A stretch of 64,000 nt of DNA from Candidatus Latescibacterota bacterium (lineage in GTDB: Bacteria > Latescibacterota > UBA2968 > GCA-2709665). The stretch is taken from NCBI GenBank assembly GCA_965222075.1, contig OZ244937.1:2272001-2336000 (forward strand), in the 5' to 3' direction. The translations under genes were made by a program, and so were the position numbers. Numbering within the stretch: position 1 is the stretch's first letter; the number at the start of each line of letters is the position of its first letter. Below, piece after piece: positions 1 to 9,432 of the stretch. Below the pieces are notes generated by a model. That model was not told the DNA's origin, did no database searches, and saw nothing but the letters and a program-made list of their open reading frames with translations.

Positions 1-70
1 TGTCAAATTTCACAGTTGTGCTCAAACAACACAGATCGGCATTCGGGAACTATGCGTATATCCCTACATT

Positions 71-83
71 TATCAATAGATTA
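71..83 (+). promoter_or_regulatory. IHF binding site
   Basis: TATCAATAGATTA matches the IHF consensus WATCAANNNNTTR, just upstream of a sigma54 motif. Confidence 0.6.
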
Positions 84-98
84 AACAAAATAAACTTT

Positions 99-114
99 TG
101 GCACAGTACTTGCA
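99..114 (+). promoter_or_regulatory. sigma54 (-24/-12) promoter
   Basis: TGGCACAGTACTTGCA matches TGGCAC-N5-TTGCW with exact spacing; upstream of the 246-3699 operon. Confidence 0.75.
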
Positions 115-245
115 GGAACACAGTTACGATGCGCCTGCGGTGCCGCCGCACCACAATCAACCACAACAGCGGCTTCAGGGGCACCAGGCTCAAAACCCTG
201 TAACAATGCTTAAATCACCCCCAATTCCGTTTCCGGAGCACCACC

Positions 246-1610
246 GTGACCGTCCGACGTTTCAACCTCACCTGTCTGGCCATCCTGACCGCCCTGACCG
301 GCTGTGCCACCTATACGCACAACACAGGGGCCTTCCGCAGCAGCCTGGCGCACGGAAACTACGGGGATGCCCTGCAAAGCCTCAGCAGTGCCCGCAAAGG
401 CCCCAACCGGCTCCTCTTCCTCCTGGAAAACGGCCTGGTTGCCCATGCCCGGGGGCACTACCGGCGGTCCAACGCTTACTTTGAACAGGCCGAACGCCTC
501 GCCGACCGGCTCTTTGCCCGCTCCCTCACCCGGGAGGTCGCGGCCCTGATCACCAACGATGCGGTTCGCTCCTACCGGGGGGAGGAATTCGAACTCGTCT
601 TCATCCACTACTACCGGGCGCTCAACTACTGGTACCTGGGGCTTCCCGAAGACGCCCTGGTCGAATGCCGCAAAGCCAACCTCAAGCTGGCCCACCACGC
701 CTCGGCCGCAGAATTCGACGCCACCTACCGCAACGACGCCTTTATTCATTATATGACCGGACTCTTCTACGAAGCCACCGGCGAACTCAACGACGCCTAC
801 ATCTCCTATCAGGATGCGGAAAAGGCCTACCGGACCTATGCCGAAACCTTCGGACTACAGCCTCCTCCTGCCCTCCGGGACGACCTCCTCCGGGTGGCCG
901 GAGCGCTCGGCTACACAGACGGTGTGCAGGTCCGGCTTGCATCGGCAGGGCGGCCCCACCTGCGCTCAGACGGCGAACTCGTCCTCTTTTCAGAAATCGG
1001 CTTTATCCCCCGCAAAGTACAGGAAGAACTCAGCCTCCCTCTCTTTGAAGACGACATTAAAAAGGCCCATAAGAAAGATGTCAAAACCCTCTCCAAACGG
1101 ATCGCCCGCGGCTATCACACCCCCTATAACAGGCACCAGAAAGTCAAATACTGGCTTCGGGTGGCCCTTCCCGCCTACCAGGAAGTCCTGCCCAGCACCC
1201 GGGGCATCAGGCTCAGCGCCTCGGGAAGAACCGGCCGTGCGGTTCCCGCCCAGGACCTCGCGGCCATCGCGCGCATCACCTTTCAAGACAAGCAGCCGGT
1301 CATCCTGGCGCGTACAATCGCCCGAAGCCTGGCCAAATACTTTACGACTGAAGGGATTAAAAAGAAAAACAAGGTCCTCGGCTTCTTCGCCAACCTCTTC
1401 GCCTTCTCCACAGAGGCCGCCGACACCAGAAGCTGGATCTCCCTGCCCCACACCGTGCACATCGGCAGGCTCCGTCTGCCTCCGGGCGTCCACGACCTCA
1501 CCGTCCAGACCCTCGACGCCCGGGGAAACGTCATCGAGCAGAAGGTCTTTTCAGAGGTCCGCATCCGTCCCGGCACCCGGACCTTTTTGAACCATAGAAC
1601 CTACAGATAA
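246..1610 (+). CDS. COG3014-like TPR lipoprotein
   Basis: GTG start with GGAG SD; lipobox LTGC; Y-x-GE-x-FE, ALVECRK and EAADTRSW-x-SLP motifs; lies in an operon with an LpoB-like gene. Confidence 0.75.
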   Translation: MTVRRFNLTCLAILTALTGCATYTHNTGAFRSSLAHGNYGDALQSLSSARKGPNRLLFLLENGLVAHARGHYRRSNAYFEQAERLADRLFARSLTREVAALITNDAVRSYRGEEFELVFIHYYRALNYWYLGLPEDALVECRKANLKLAHHASAAEFDATYRNDAFIHYMTGLFYEATGELNDAYISYQDAEKAYRTYAETFGLQPPPALRDDLLRVAGALGYTDGVQVRLASAGRPHLRSDGELVLFSEIGFIPRKVQEELSLPLFEDDIKKAHKKDVKTLSKRIARGYHTPYNRHQKVKYWLRVALPAYQEVLPSTRGIRLSASGRTGRAVPAQDLAAIARITFQDKQPVILARTIARSLAKYFTTEGIKKKNKVLGFFANLFAFSTEAADTRSWISLPHTVHIGRLRLPPGVHDLTVQTLDARGNVIEQKVFSEVRIRPGTRTFLNHRTYR

Positions 1611-1672
1611 TTCACCGCAAAGACGCAGAGGACGCAGAGAACCTGAAAACCTGTATAAAAGGAGGAAAAACG

Positions 1673-2482
1673 ATGAACCGCTTTCGCTCAACCCCGATCT
1701 TCGCAGCCGTCCTGATACTCCTGGGACTCTGCGCAGCGGCTCACGCCACAGACGTCCCCACCAGAGGCCCCGTCGTCAACATCGTCGAATGGGACGGCGG
1801 AGAGCTTCCGCCCGTCTACGAACGGTCGGACCAACTCCCCCTCACACGGGAAGACATCCTCAACCTCAGCCGGAACGACTTCACACCCGAAGGCATCGCC
1901 CGCATGGTTGAAGAACGCCGCTTTGTGGGCGACGCCTCTCCCGGCGCGCTGATCCAGCTCAAAAAGGCCGGCGTCACCCCGGAAGTCATCCAGGCCGTCT
2001 CCCGCCATGCCCTCCCCCCCAACCGTGTCCTCACCCTCTCGATCCAACTCGAATTTGAGGGCACCTCTGCGGAGGCCCGCAGGCGCTACCTCTATGTTGT
2101 CATCCCCGACGGCCCATACGAAAGGACCTTTACCGCCGACATAGGCGCTGTCCTGGCCAGGCGCTGGCAGCGGGACACCGTGGTGGACCAGACCGATCCC
2201 CTCCTGCCCAAACAGGTCCGCCACGTCACCTTCTCCGGCAGCGTGCCCCTCAAAACTTACGGACAGAAAGAGGTCCTGGTCTTCGCCTCAACCAAACCGG
2301 ACGTTTACACCTCCGCGGACATCCCCAAGGCCGACCGTGCAGGCGTTCGGAAATACCTGATGGACTACCCGGCCAGTTCCCTCCTGCAGGACTGCCGGCT
2401 GCGGGTCCGCTTCCGGCAGGACAGCGTCCTGCCCTACAAATGGCAGATGGTGGGATCACATCTTGAGTGTGAATGGAATTAA
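1673..2482 (+). CDS. secreted hypothetical protein
   Basis: AGGAGG SD, signal peptide ending AHA, 269 aa, operonic position. Confidence 0.75.
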   Translation: MNRFRSTPIFAAVLILLGLCAAAHATDVPTRGPVVNIVEWDGGELPPVYERSDQLPLTREDILNLSRNDFTPEGIARMVEERRFVGDASPGALIQLKKAGVTPEVIQAVSRHALPPNRVLTLSIQLEFEGTSAEARRRYLYVVIPDGPYERTFTADIGAVLARRWQRDTVVDQTDPLLPKQVRHVTFSGSVPLKTYGQKEVLVFASTKPDVYTSADIPKADRAGVRKYLMDYPASSLLQDCRLRVRFRQDSVLPYKWQMVGSHLECEWN

Positions 2483-2514
2483 GCGCCCTATCGCATAGAA
2501 AGGAGAAACACGCA

Positions 2515-3108
2515 ATGAAACACGTAATCTGGATCATAGCCCTTGCGCTCACCGTCGGGTGCGCAGGCCCCAGGGCCTTTACAAAAGGGTCCTACGAAGA
2601 CCCGAAGACCATCGCCCTGCTGGACGACCGCTTCAACGAAAACGACATGCAGCTCATCGCCAAAAAGATGGTCAACTCTCTGGTGGCGGCCTCCGAACAC
2701 ATCGCCGGAAAGGCCGAACAGCTCGTCGTCATCGTCGGGAAAATGCGCAACCGCACGACCGAACACATCGATCTGAAAATGCTCTCGGACAAGATCCAAA
2801 CCGCCCTCATCCAAAGCGGCAAATTCCGATTTGCAGACGTCGAAAACCGCCGTGACATTGCCGAGGAGTACGAATACCAGCAATCCGGGTATGTCGACCC
2901 CACACAGGCCAAAAGCCCCGGCAGCCAGACCAGCGCCGACTACCTCCTTACCGGCACCCTCACCTCCAACGTCCAGCAGGTCGGCAAAGACAAGCTCGTC
3001 TACTACAAAGCCACTTTCCAGTTCACCAACCTGCTCACTTCGGAAATCGTCTGGACCGATGAAAAGGAGATCCGGAAGGCCTACAAAAAACGCAGCATCG
3101 GGCTCTAA
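2515..3108 (+). CDS. penicillin-binding protein activator LpoB-like lipoprotein
   Basis: ATG at 2515 after AAGGAG; lipobox TVGC; NRTTEHID, SGKFRF, ADYLLTG and EIVW motifs typical of the LpoB/CsgG-like fold. Confidence 0.75.
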   Translation: MKHVIWIIALALTVGCAGPRAFTKGSYEDPKTIALLDDRFNENDMQLIAKKMVNSLVAASEHIAGKAEQLVVIVGKMRNRTTEHIDLKMLSDKIQTALIQSGKFRFADVENRRDIAEEYEYQQSGYVDPTQAKSPGSQTSADYLLTGTLTSNVQQVGKDKLVYYKATFQFTNLLTSEIVWTDEKEIRKAYKKRSIGL

Positions 3109-3144
3109 GAAGAACACGTTTCACATATCGAAAGGAGAACCCCT

Positions 3145-3699
3145 ATGAAACCCGCAAATATTGTCCCGATCTTCGTGCTTTGCTTCTGCGCCGTTGCCCT
3201 CTCGGCAAATGCCGAGGAAACAGGCCGCACCGACGGCTCGGAAGCCAGTGAATACGGTAAAGGCGGTTACCCCTTTGGCGGGCCGATCGGCCGGTTCTAC
3301 ATCAGCCCCGCTTTTGGCTCCGGCATCTTCAACACCTCGGGGCTCGGCAACCGGTCCGGCCTCCTCTACGGCCTCGACATCGGTTACGAGCGGGACGGAT
3401 GGATCGGCATCCAGGGGGGCTACGCCTATCTCTCCGACCGCAAGATGTCGATCTTCAGCCTCGGAGCCCGCTTCGCCTATCCTGCAGAGCCATTCGTCTA
3501 CCATCTCTCGACCCAGGCCGGGTACTACGCCCCGGACACCGGGTCCAAACACTTCGGCCTCGCGCCGGGGGCCGGCATCGATATCGTCGTCAGCGACCGG
3601 ATCCAAATCGGCCTCAACTACACACACGACTTCATCTTTGCAGACACCGGCACAGACCACTTGGACAGGGTCTACGCCGGCCTGAAGGTCTACTTCTAA
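3145..3699 (+). CDS. small outer-membrane beta-barrel protein
   Basis: signal peptide, alternating aromatic/Gly strands, C-terminal GLKVYF. Confidence 0.7.
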   Translation: MKPANIVPIFVLCFCAVALSANAEETGRTDGSEASEYGKGGYPFGGPIGRFYISPAFGSGIFNTSGLGNRSGLLYGLDIGYERDGWIGIQGGYAYLSDRKMSIFSLGARFAYPAEPFVYHLSTQAGYYAPDTGSKHFGLAPGAGIDIVVSDRIQIGLNYTHDFIFADTGTDHLDRVYAGLKVYF

Positions 3700-3755
3700 G
3701 AAGCTGCTCAGAAAATAAGAGCGGACCGGCTTCCCACCATTCCATTCTTTTGCTC

Positions 3756-3791
3756 TTGGCCTTTTTCTTGCTCGCCCAAGAAAAAGGCCAA
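3756..3791. repeat. perfect 15-bp inverted repeat (REP-like hairpin)
   Basis: TTGGCCTTTTTCTTG-ctcgcc-CAAGAAAAAGGCCAA. Confidence 0.7.
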
Positions 3792-4239
3792 AAAAGAAGG
3801 GCGCCTGATGGGGCGTCTGGCGCCGTCCACTCCGGCGTAGCCGAAGCTGTTGTGCGGCGTCGGTCTCAGGCGGGAGCCGATTTACGTGGTTGACCAGCAG
3901 GGACGCATCATCCGCACCATAGGCGACTGATTGCTCGCGTTTTCGCTCAAAAATTTAAGTTTCTATAATATAAAGAGTTATGGAGCAGCCCGTTTTTTTT
4001 GGAACTTTACCCAGGACAAAAGCGTAAAAAAAAACAACAGTCGGCAAGAGTTGATGATGACAAAGTTGACCGACGAGACTTCTCGAGCTTTTCCCATCAT
4101 ACCAGCAGCGTTAACGATTCTTGTATCGGGAGGAAATTGCCACTATCAATAACGTGAACAGGTTTTTAAATCTTTAAAAACTCATAGTTATGCAAATTGG
4201 ATTTGGGATTTGCAAGTTATCGAAACAAATCCCTACAAA

Positions 4240-4505
4240 TTCCACAGGACCAGATTTCGGCCCCGATTTGCAAAGGTGTTCACACCATTGGTTATGGCGT
4301 TTTCTCTTAAATTTCATCCCCTCGCGCTCGGCATCGCCAGTCTGCTGAGCCTGAATTTCTCAATTTCCTCGGGATCGCTTTTTCCGCAGATCAGTCGATT
4401 CACATTCCCTCCGGATCGTTCTACAGCCGACCAGGCTACATCCTCACCTGACGTATCTTCCGATCGAACTGTTCCCATTCAAATTTCCGGCGATGGATAT
4501 TCAAA
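4240..4505 (+). pseudogene. degenerate 5' fragment of the giant surface-protein family (paralog of 12868-13140)
   Basis: translation LALGIASLLSL...DQATSSPDVSSDRTVPIQISG aligns with FALGISILLSL...DQAASSLDVSPDQIVSIQIFG; upstream DNA also aligns. Confidence 0.65.
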
Positions 4506-4588
4506 CATGTACCGGAGATTCCATACGCCATGTATGTCTGCGTGCCGTGAATACAGGCAACTCTGATTGTTTACAGGGGACTTAACGC

Positions 4589-5314
4589 ATGGAAAAGCGG
4601 AAAATATTGATTGTAGATAGCGAGCCAGTTGTAACATCGGAACTCGTAGGATTCCTGAAAGAAGAACCTTATGAGACAGTCACCGCGGAAAATGGAGCGG
4701 AAGGACTCGAAATATTGAGAAAAGAGAAGATTGACGTTGCCGTGATCGAGGCATGTGTCGAGGATATGGATGGGACAACACTTTTGGAGGGCGTGAAGGC
4801 AGAGAAAACTCAGACAGCTATGCTGCTCGTGACAAGCCTGGAAACCCTGGAGATGGGAGAGAAAGTGCAGAGGGCTTTTGCCATGAGCGCATTTGATAGG
4901 CCAATAGACAGAGACGCATTTTTGGCGAATATTAGAAAATATATGCCGCTACAAGACGTGTGGAAGAGCCGCCTGGAATCATTTCTGGAAGACAACTACA
5001 ACAATCCGGAGTTGAAATTCGAAGATGTCACGCGCTACTTCAAGTTCTCCAGGACCTACGGATATGCATTGTTCAAGAAACATTTGGGAGAATCGTTCAG
5101 CAGCTGCCTGCGAAATGTACGCCTGGCAAAGGCTGAAGAAGCATTGAAGAACACTTCAGCCTCCGTTTCGGAAATTGCCTATGTGTGTGGTTTTGCGTCT
5201 TTATCGACCTTTAGCAAGGTTTTCAAAGCGAAATATGGAAATAATCCAACCACATATCGCAAAAAATGGAAACTGGGACAAGTTTTGAACGGTAGGACAA
5301 ACTTGTTGTCTTGA
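4589..5314 (+). CDS. receiver (atypical) + AraC HTH transcriptional regulator
   Basis: ILIVD..MDG receiver fold; C-terminal SVSEIAYVCGFASLSTFSKVFK...P..YR AraC signature. Confidence 0.85.
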   Translation: MEKRKILIVDSEPVVTSELVGFLKEEPYETVTAENGAEGLEILRKEKIDVAVIEACVEDMDGTTLLEGVKAEKTQTAMLLVTSLETLEMGEKVQRAFAMSAFDRPIDRDAFLANIRKYMPLQDVWKSRLESFLEDNYNNPELKFEDVTRYFKFSRTYGYALFKKHLGESFSSCLRNVRLAKAEEALKNTSASVSEIAYVCGFASLSTFSKVFKAKYGNNPTTYRKKWKLGQVLNGRTNLLS

Positions 5315-5338
5315 CATAATATGTAGGATGCGTATTAT
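5311..5338 (+). promoter_or_regulatory. possible sigma70 promoter for the lipoprotein cluster
   Basis: TTGACA-N16-TATTAT. Confidence 0.4.
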
Positions 5339-5527
5339 CATTCTGTCAATATACGACCTGAAGTTAGAAAGAGATTGAAAAAGGTGAGCAGGACACTTCA
5401 GATTATCCTTTAATTCCTGTATCCTCAAGCAGTTCTATCAATTATACCCTGTGAGTTACACCCTGTTTAAAGTCACCCATCATGTCCTATTCAGAATCTA
5501 CCCATCATCAACAAAAGGAGGCGTAAC

Positions 5528-5968
5528 ATGAAGAAATTACTGATCTTAGCAATGGCGGTGGTGGCCCTGTCGGGTTGCATGACTGCCTCGCAGCATAAAA
5601 GGTCTGTCCAGGATGATTCTGCTGACCGCATGACCGTCGGAAAGGTTCAAAAGGAAATAAGAGTTGGTATGAGCGGTGCCGAGGTTGCCCAGGTTCTCGG
5701 ATCGCCCAATATCGTTTCAACAGATGAAGAACGGCGTGAAGTATGGATATATGACAAAATTTCGACAGAAACAGCATACTCAACCAGTAAGGGCGGTATT
5801 TCTTCTCTCATCCTTGTAACCCTGACCGATGTTTTTACCGGAGGGGGTGGCGGAGCGTCAGGTTCATCCGGAGCCAGTTCAACATCGCAAAGAACCCTCA
5901 CTGTCATAATAAAATTTGATGAAAATAAACAGGTGAGGGATTTCGCGTATCACGCATCGCGGTTCTGA
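5528..5968 (+). CDS. BamE/SmpA-like lipoprotein
   Basis: AAGGAGG SD; lipobox LSGC; IRVGMSGAEVAQVLGSP...WIY motif. Confidence 0.7.
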   Translation: MKKLLILAMAVVALSGCMTASQHKRSVQDDSADRMTVGKVQKEIRVGMSGAEVAQVLGSPNIVSTDEERREVWIYDKISTETAYSTSKGGISSLILVTLTDVFTGGGGGASGSSGASSTSQRTLTVIIKFDENKQVRDFAYHASRF

Positions 5969-6098
5969 GGCAGACACACCGGTAACGTGGGGCGTATAGA
6001 ACTGTGAAGTCGTCTTCTTCAGGACCTGCGATACATAACCCTTTGATCGTGCTTCACTCATCTATGGAAGCTGTGGAACTGCCTGGTGGGGAGATCAC

Positions 6099-6701
6099 AT
6101 GACAAAAAAAAATCGTCTCTCAGTACTACTTACCATAGTGGTACTGGTTTTAACAGGCTGCGGGAGTAGTTTGCCCAAACATGTCTTGAGGCTAACACCA
6201 GATACATTGCAAAACAGGGTATTACAAACAAGAAAATACGAAGGTATTCCAGAAGCCGATCTTTTATCGGCATCTACTGGTGTGATTCAAGATCTGGGAT
6301 TCATCATTGATGAGAGTGAAACAAAACTCGGACTTATCGTTGGCTCAAAAAAAAGAGATGCGCCTCCTGATGCAGGACAGCGGATCGGTCAAGTGCTTGT
6401 TACAACAACTTCACTATTTCTTGCGGCTATTGTTGCGGTTATTACAAAAGGCGAGTCGGGTGAAGATCTTATATACGTTCCGCCTGTTGACGACTATCAA
6501 AAGCTATGGGCGTCTATTGTTATCCGTCCAACATCGGAAGATGACGATAAAACACACTATGTCAGGGTGACATTCCAGAGAATTGTTTGGAATACCGAAG
6601 ACGAAATTGCGAGACTCCAAAGCCTGAATGAGCCTGAAATGTATCAAAAGTTCTTTGATCTTCTTTCAAAATCGGTCTTTCTGGAAGGGCAAAAAATATG
6701 A
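6099..6701 (+). CDS. lipoprotein, array type A copy 1
   Basis: lipobox LTGC; paralog of 8287-8838. Confidence 0.8.
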   Translation: MTKKNRLSVLLTIVVLVLTGCGSSLPKHVLRLTPDTLQNRVLQTRKYEGIPEADLLSASTGVIQDLGFIIDESETKLGLIVGSKKRDAPPDAGQRIGQVLVTTTSLFLAAIVAVITKGESGEDLIYVPPVDDYQKLWASIVIRPTSEDDDKTHYVRVTFQRIVWNTEDEIARLQSLNEPEMYQKFFDLLSKSVFLEGQKI

Positions 6702-7144
6702 AAATCTCCAGGATATTGAGCGCCGCGATTGCCGCATCCATATTAATCGCGTTGTCCGGATGCGCATCATCAAAAGAGCAATTGCTGAAGATGGATGAAA
6801 GTCAGGTCAAGCTGCGAAGCATGCAAACCCGCGCGTTCGACACCACAGATAAAGATAAAATGCTTAGAACTGTAATATCCACACTTCAGGATTTAGGCTA
6901 TATCGTGAAGGAAGCAAATGAAGTGATTGGAACGGTTAGTGCCCGAACAACTCACATTAAATCTAAAAAGAAAAAATATCCACTGCTAATAACGGTTACT
7001 GTTCGGCCAAGGGGCGAAACCCAATTGTTGGTACGTGCGAACGCTCAATACAAACAAAAGGCTGTTAAGGACCCAACAGTATATCAAAATTTCTTCACTG
7101 TTTTGGAAAAATCAATTTTTTTGACTGCTCACGAGGTTGATTAA
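6698..7144 (+). CDS. lipoprotein, array type B copy 1
   Basis: lipobox LSGC; RSMQTRAFDTTD motif; ATGA overlap with upstream gene. Confidence 0.8.
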   Translation: MKISRILSAAIAASILIALSGCASSKEQLLKMDESQVKLRSMQTRAFDTTDKDKMLRTVISTLQDLGYIVKEANEVIGTVSARTTHIKSKKKKYPLLITVTVRPRGETQLLVRANAQYKQKAVKDPTVYQNFFTVLEKSIFLTAHEVD

Positions 7145-7211
7145 ACGACCATTGTGTCGACCTCATCGACGCAATACTGATACAAGTAAAAATACTCAAG
7201 GAACATAAAAT

Positions 7212-7640
7212 ATGGCAATTCTTAGGATATTGGCGGCTGTAATTGCCACCTCCATATTAATTGGGTTGTCCGGATGTGCGTCATCCCCTCCAAGACAATT
7301 GATGAAAATGGATACAAGTCAAGTCAATTTGCGAAGCATGCAAACCCGTGTATTCGACACCACAGATGAAAAAAAGACGCTTAGAACTGTAATATCCACA
7401 CTTCAAGATTTCGACTTTCTCGTAGATGAAGCAAATAAAATGCTTGGATTGGTCAGTGCCACAAGAATGACCGATTGGTTGCAAATAACAGTTACTGTTC
7501 GTCCAAAAAGTGAAACACAAGTGTTGGTGCGTGCGAATATGGAATACAATCAAAAGGCTGTTGAAGATCCATTAGTATATCAAAAATTCTTCACGTATTT
7601 GGGAAAATCGATGTTTCTGACCGCTCACTCGGTCGATTGA
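7212..7640 (+). CDS. lipoprotein, array type B copy 2
   Basis: lipobox LSGC; RSMQTRVFDTTD motif. Confidence 0.8.
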   Translation: MAILRILAAVIATSILIGLSGCASSPPRQLMKMDTSQVNLRSMQTRVFDTTDEKKTLRTVISTLQDFDFLVDEANKMLGLVSATRMTDWLQITVTVRPKSETQVLVRANMEYNQKAVEDPLVYQKFFTYLGKSMFLTAHSVD

Positions 7641-7698
7641 ACGACCATTGTGTCGGCCTCATCGACGAAATGCCGATACCAACCAAAGGAATACAAAT

Positions 7699-8121
7699 AT
7701 GAAAATCTCCAGGATATTGACGGTCGCAATTGCCACCTCCATATTAATTGGGTTGTCCGGGGGTGTGTCATTTTCGCAAAAAATAGAATTACATGAAAGT
7801 CAATTAGAAATTCGAAGTATGCAAACCCGTGCATTCGACACCACAGATGAAAATAAGACGCTTAGAGCTATAATAGCCACACTTCAAGATTTCAGTTTTG
7901 TCATAAAGAAAGCAGATGAAGCACTTGGAACGATTACTGCCATAAGAATCGACAAATATCCATTGCGAATAACAGTTACTGTTCGTACAAGGGGTGAAAC
8001 GCAAGTGTTAGTGCGTATGAATGCGTACTACGGTCAGCCTGTTAAAGATCCAATAATATATCAAAATTTCTTCACATCTCTGGCAAAATCGATGTTTCTG
8101 ACCGCTCACTCGGTCAATTAA
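7699..8121 (+). CDS. array type B copy 3 (lipobox Cys lost)
   Basis: ATG at 7699 after AAGGA; LSGG replaces LSGC; otherwise paralogous. Confidence 0.75.
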   Translation: MKISRILTVAIATSILIGLSGGVSFSQKIELHESQLEIRSMQTRAFDTTDENKTLRAIIATLQDFSFVIKKADEALGTITAIRIDKYPLRITVTVRTRGETQVLVRMNAYYGQPVKDPIIYQNFFTSLAKSMFLTAHSVN

Positions 8122-8286
8122 ACGACCATTGATTGTCGGTCTCATTAACACAATGCTCCCATACCAGAGGAATACCTCTTGACATTGAACCAGTAGATCG
8201 TCTTCCTCAGGACCTGCGATACATAACCCTTTGATCGTGCTTCACTCACCTATGGAAGCTGTGAAACTGCCTGGTGGGGAGATCAC

Positions 8287-8838
8287 ATGACAAAAAAAAA
8301 TCGTCTATCAGTACTACTTACTGTGGTACTGGTTTTAACAGGCTGCGGGAGTCGTATCCCCAAAGATGCCTTTCAACTAACACCGGAATTATTGCAAAAG
8401 AGAGTTTTAAAAACGAGAAAATACGAAAGCATTTCAGAAGCTGATATTTTATCGGCATCTGCTGGCGTGCTTCAAGATTTGGGATTCACTCTTGATGAGA
8501 GTGAAACAAAACTCGGACTTATCGTTGGCTCAAAGGAAGCAGATGCGACTGAGATAGGACAGGAGATCCGATGGTGGATTACGGCGTTGCTTACTTACGG
8601 GTACTCGGCGCTTGGTGATGAGACTGATGATTATCAAAAGTTCAGGGCGTCTATTGTTATACGTCCAACATCGGAAGATAACGATAAAATACACTATGTC
8701 AGTGTGACATTCCAGCGGATTGTTTGGAATACCGATGACAAAGTTTCGAAACAAGAGACCCTGTACGCGCCTGAAATATATCAAGAGTTCTTTGATCGTC
8801 TTTCAAAATCAGTCTTTCTGGAAGGGCAAAAAATATGA
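8287..8838 (+). CDS. lipoprotein, array type A copy 2
   Basis: paralog of 6099-6701; ~90-bp upstream region also duplicated. Confidence 0.8.
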   Translation: MTKKNRLSVLLTVVLVLTGCGSRIPKDAFQLTPELLQKRVLKTRKYESISEADILSASAGVLQDLGFTLDESETKLGLIVGSKEADATEIGQEIRWWITALLTYGYSALGDETDDYQKFRASIVIRPTSEDNDKIHYVSVTFQRIVWNTDDKVSKQETLYAPEIYQEFFDRLSKSVFLEGQKI

Positions 8839-9263
8839 AAATCTCCAGGATATTGAACGCCGCGATTGCCGCATCCGCATTAATCGCGTTGTCCGGATGT
8901 GGATCATCAAAAAAGCATTTGTTGAAAATGGGTGATAGCCAGGTCAAGCTGCGAAGCATGCAAACCCGTGCGTTCGACACCACAGAAAAAAATAAGATGC
9001 TTCGAACTGTAATAACCACACTTCAAGACTTCGACTACGTCCTGGATAAAGCGGATGCAACGCTTGGAATGGTTAGTGCCACAAAACTCGACAAACATCA
9101 ATATCGAATAACGGTTACCGTTCGGCCAAGGGGCGAAACCCAATTGTTGGTGCGTGCGAACGTACAATACAAAAAAAAGACTGTTAAGAATCCAATAGTA
9201 TATCAAAATTTCTTCACCTCTTTGGCAAGATCGATATTTCTGACCGCTCACTCGGTCAATTAA
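8835..9263 (+). CDS. lipoprotein, array type B copy 4
   Basis: lipobox LSGC; RSMQTRAFDTT motif. Confidence 0.8.
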   Translation: MKISRILNAAIAASALIALSGCGSSKKHLLKMGDSQVKLRSMQTRAFDTTEKNKMLRTVITTLQDFDYVLDKADATLGMVSATKLDKHQYRITVTVRPRGETQLLVRANVQYKKKTVKNPIVYQNFFTSLARSIFLTAHSVN

Positions 9264-9432
9264 ACGACCATTGATTGTCGGTCTTATCAACGCAATGTCC
9301 CCATACCAGAGGAATGCCTCATCTCACACCTTCGCACTGGCATCGTTAGCCTGCTCCTCTCGATTTCCCCGTGGTCTCTTTCCACACAGATCGGTAGCTT
9401 TTCCCTTTCTCCGATATTGAGTATATAAACCC

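Noticed and set aside
7142-9320. Integron attC sites or CRISPR repeats between the lipoprotein genes
   Set aside because: No RYYYAAC/GTTRRRY boxes, no integrase or cas genes; the 'spacers' are paralogous genes
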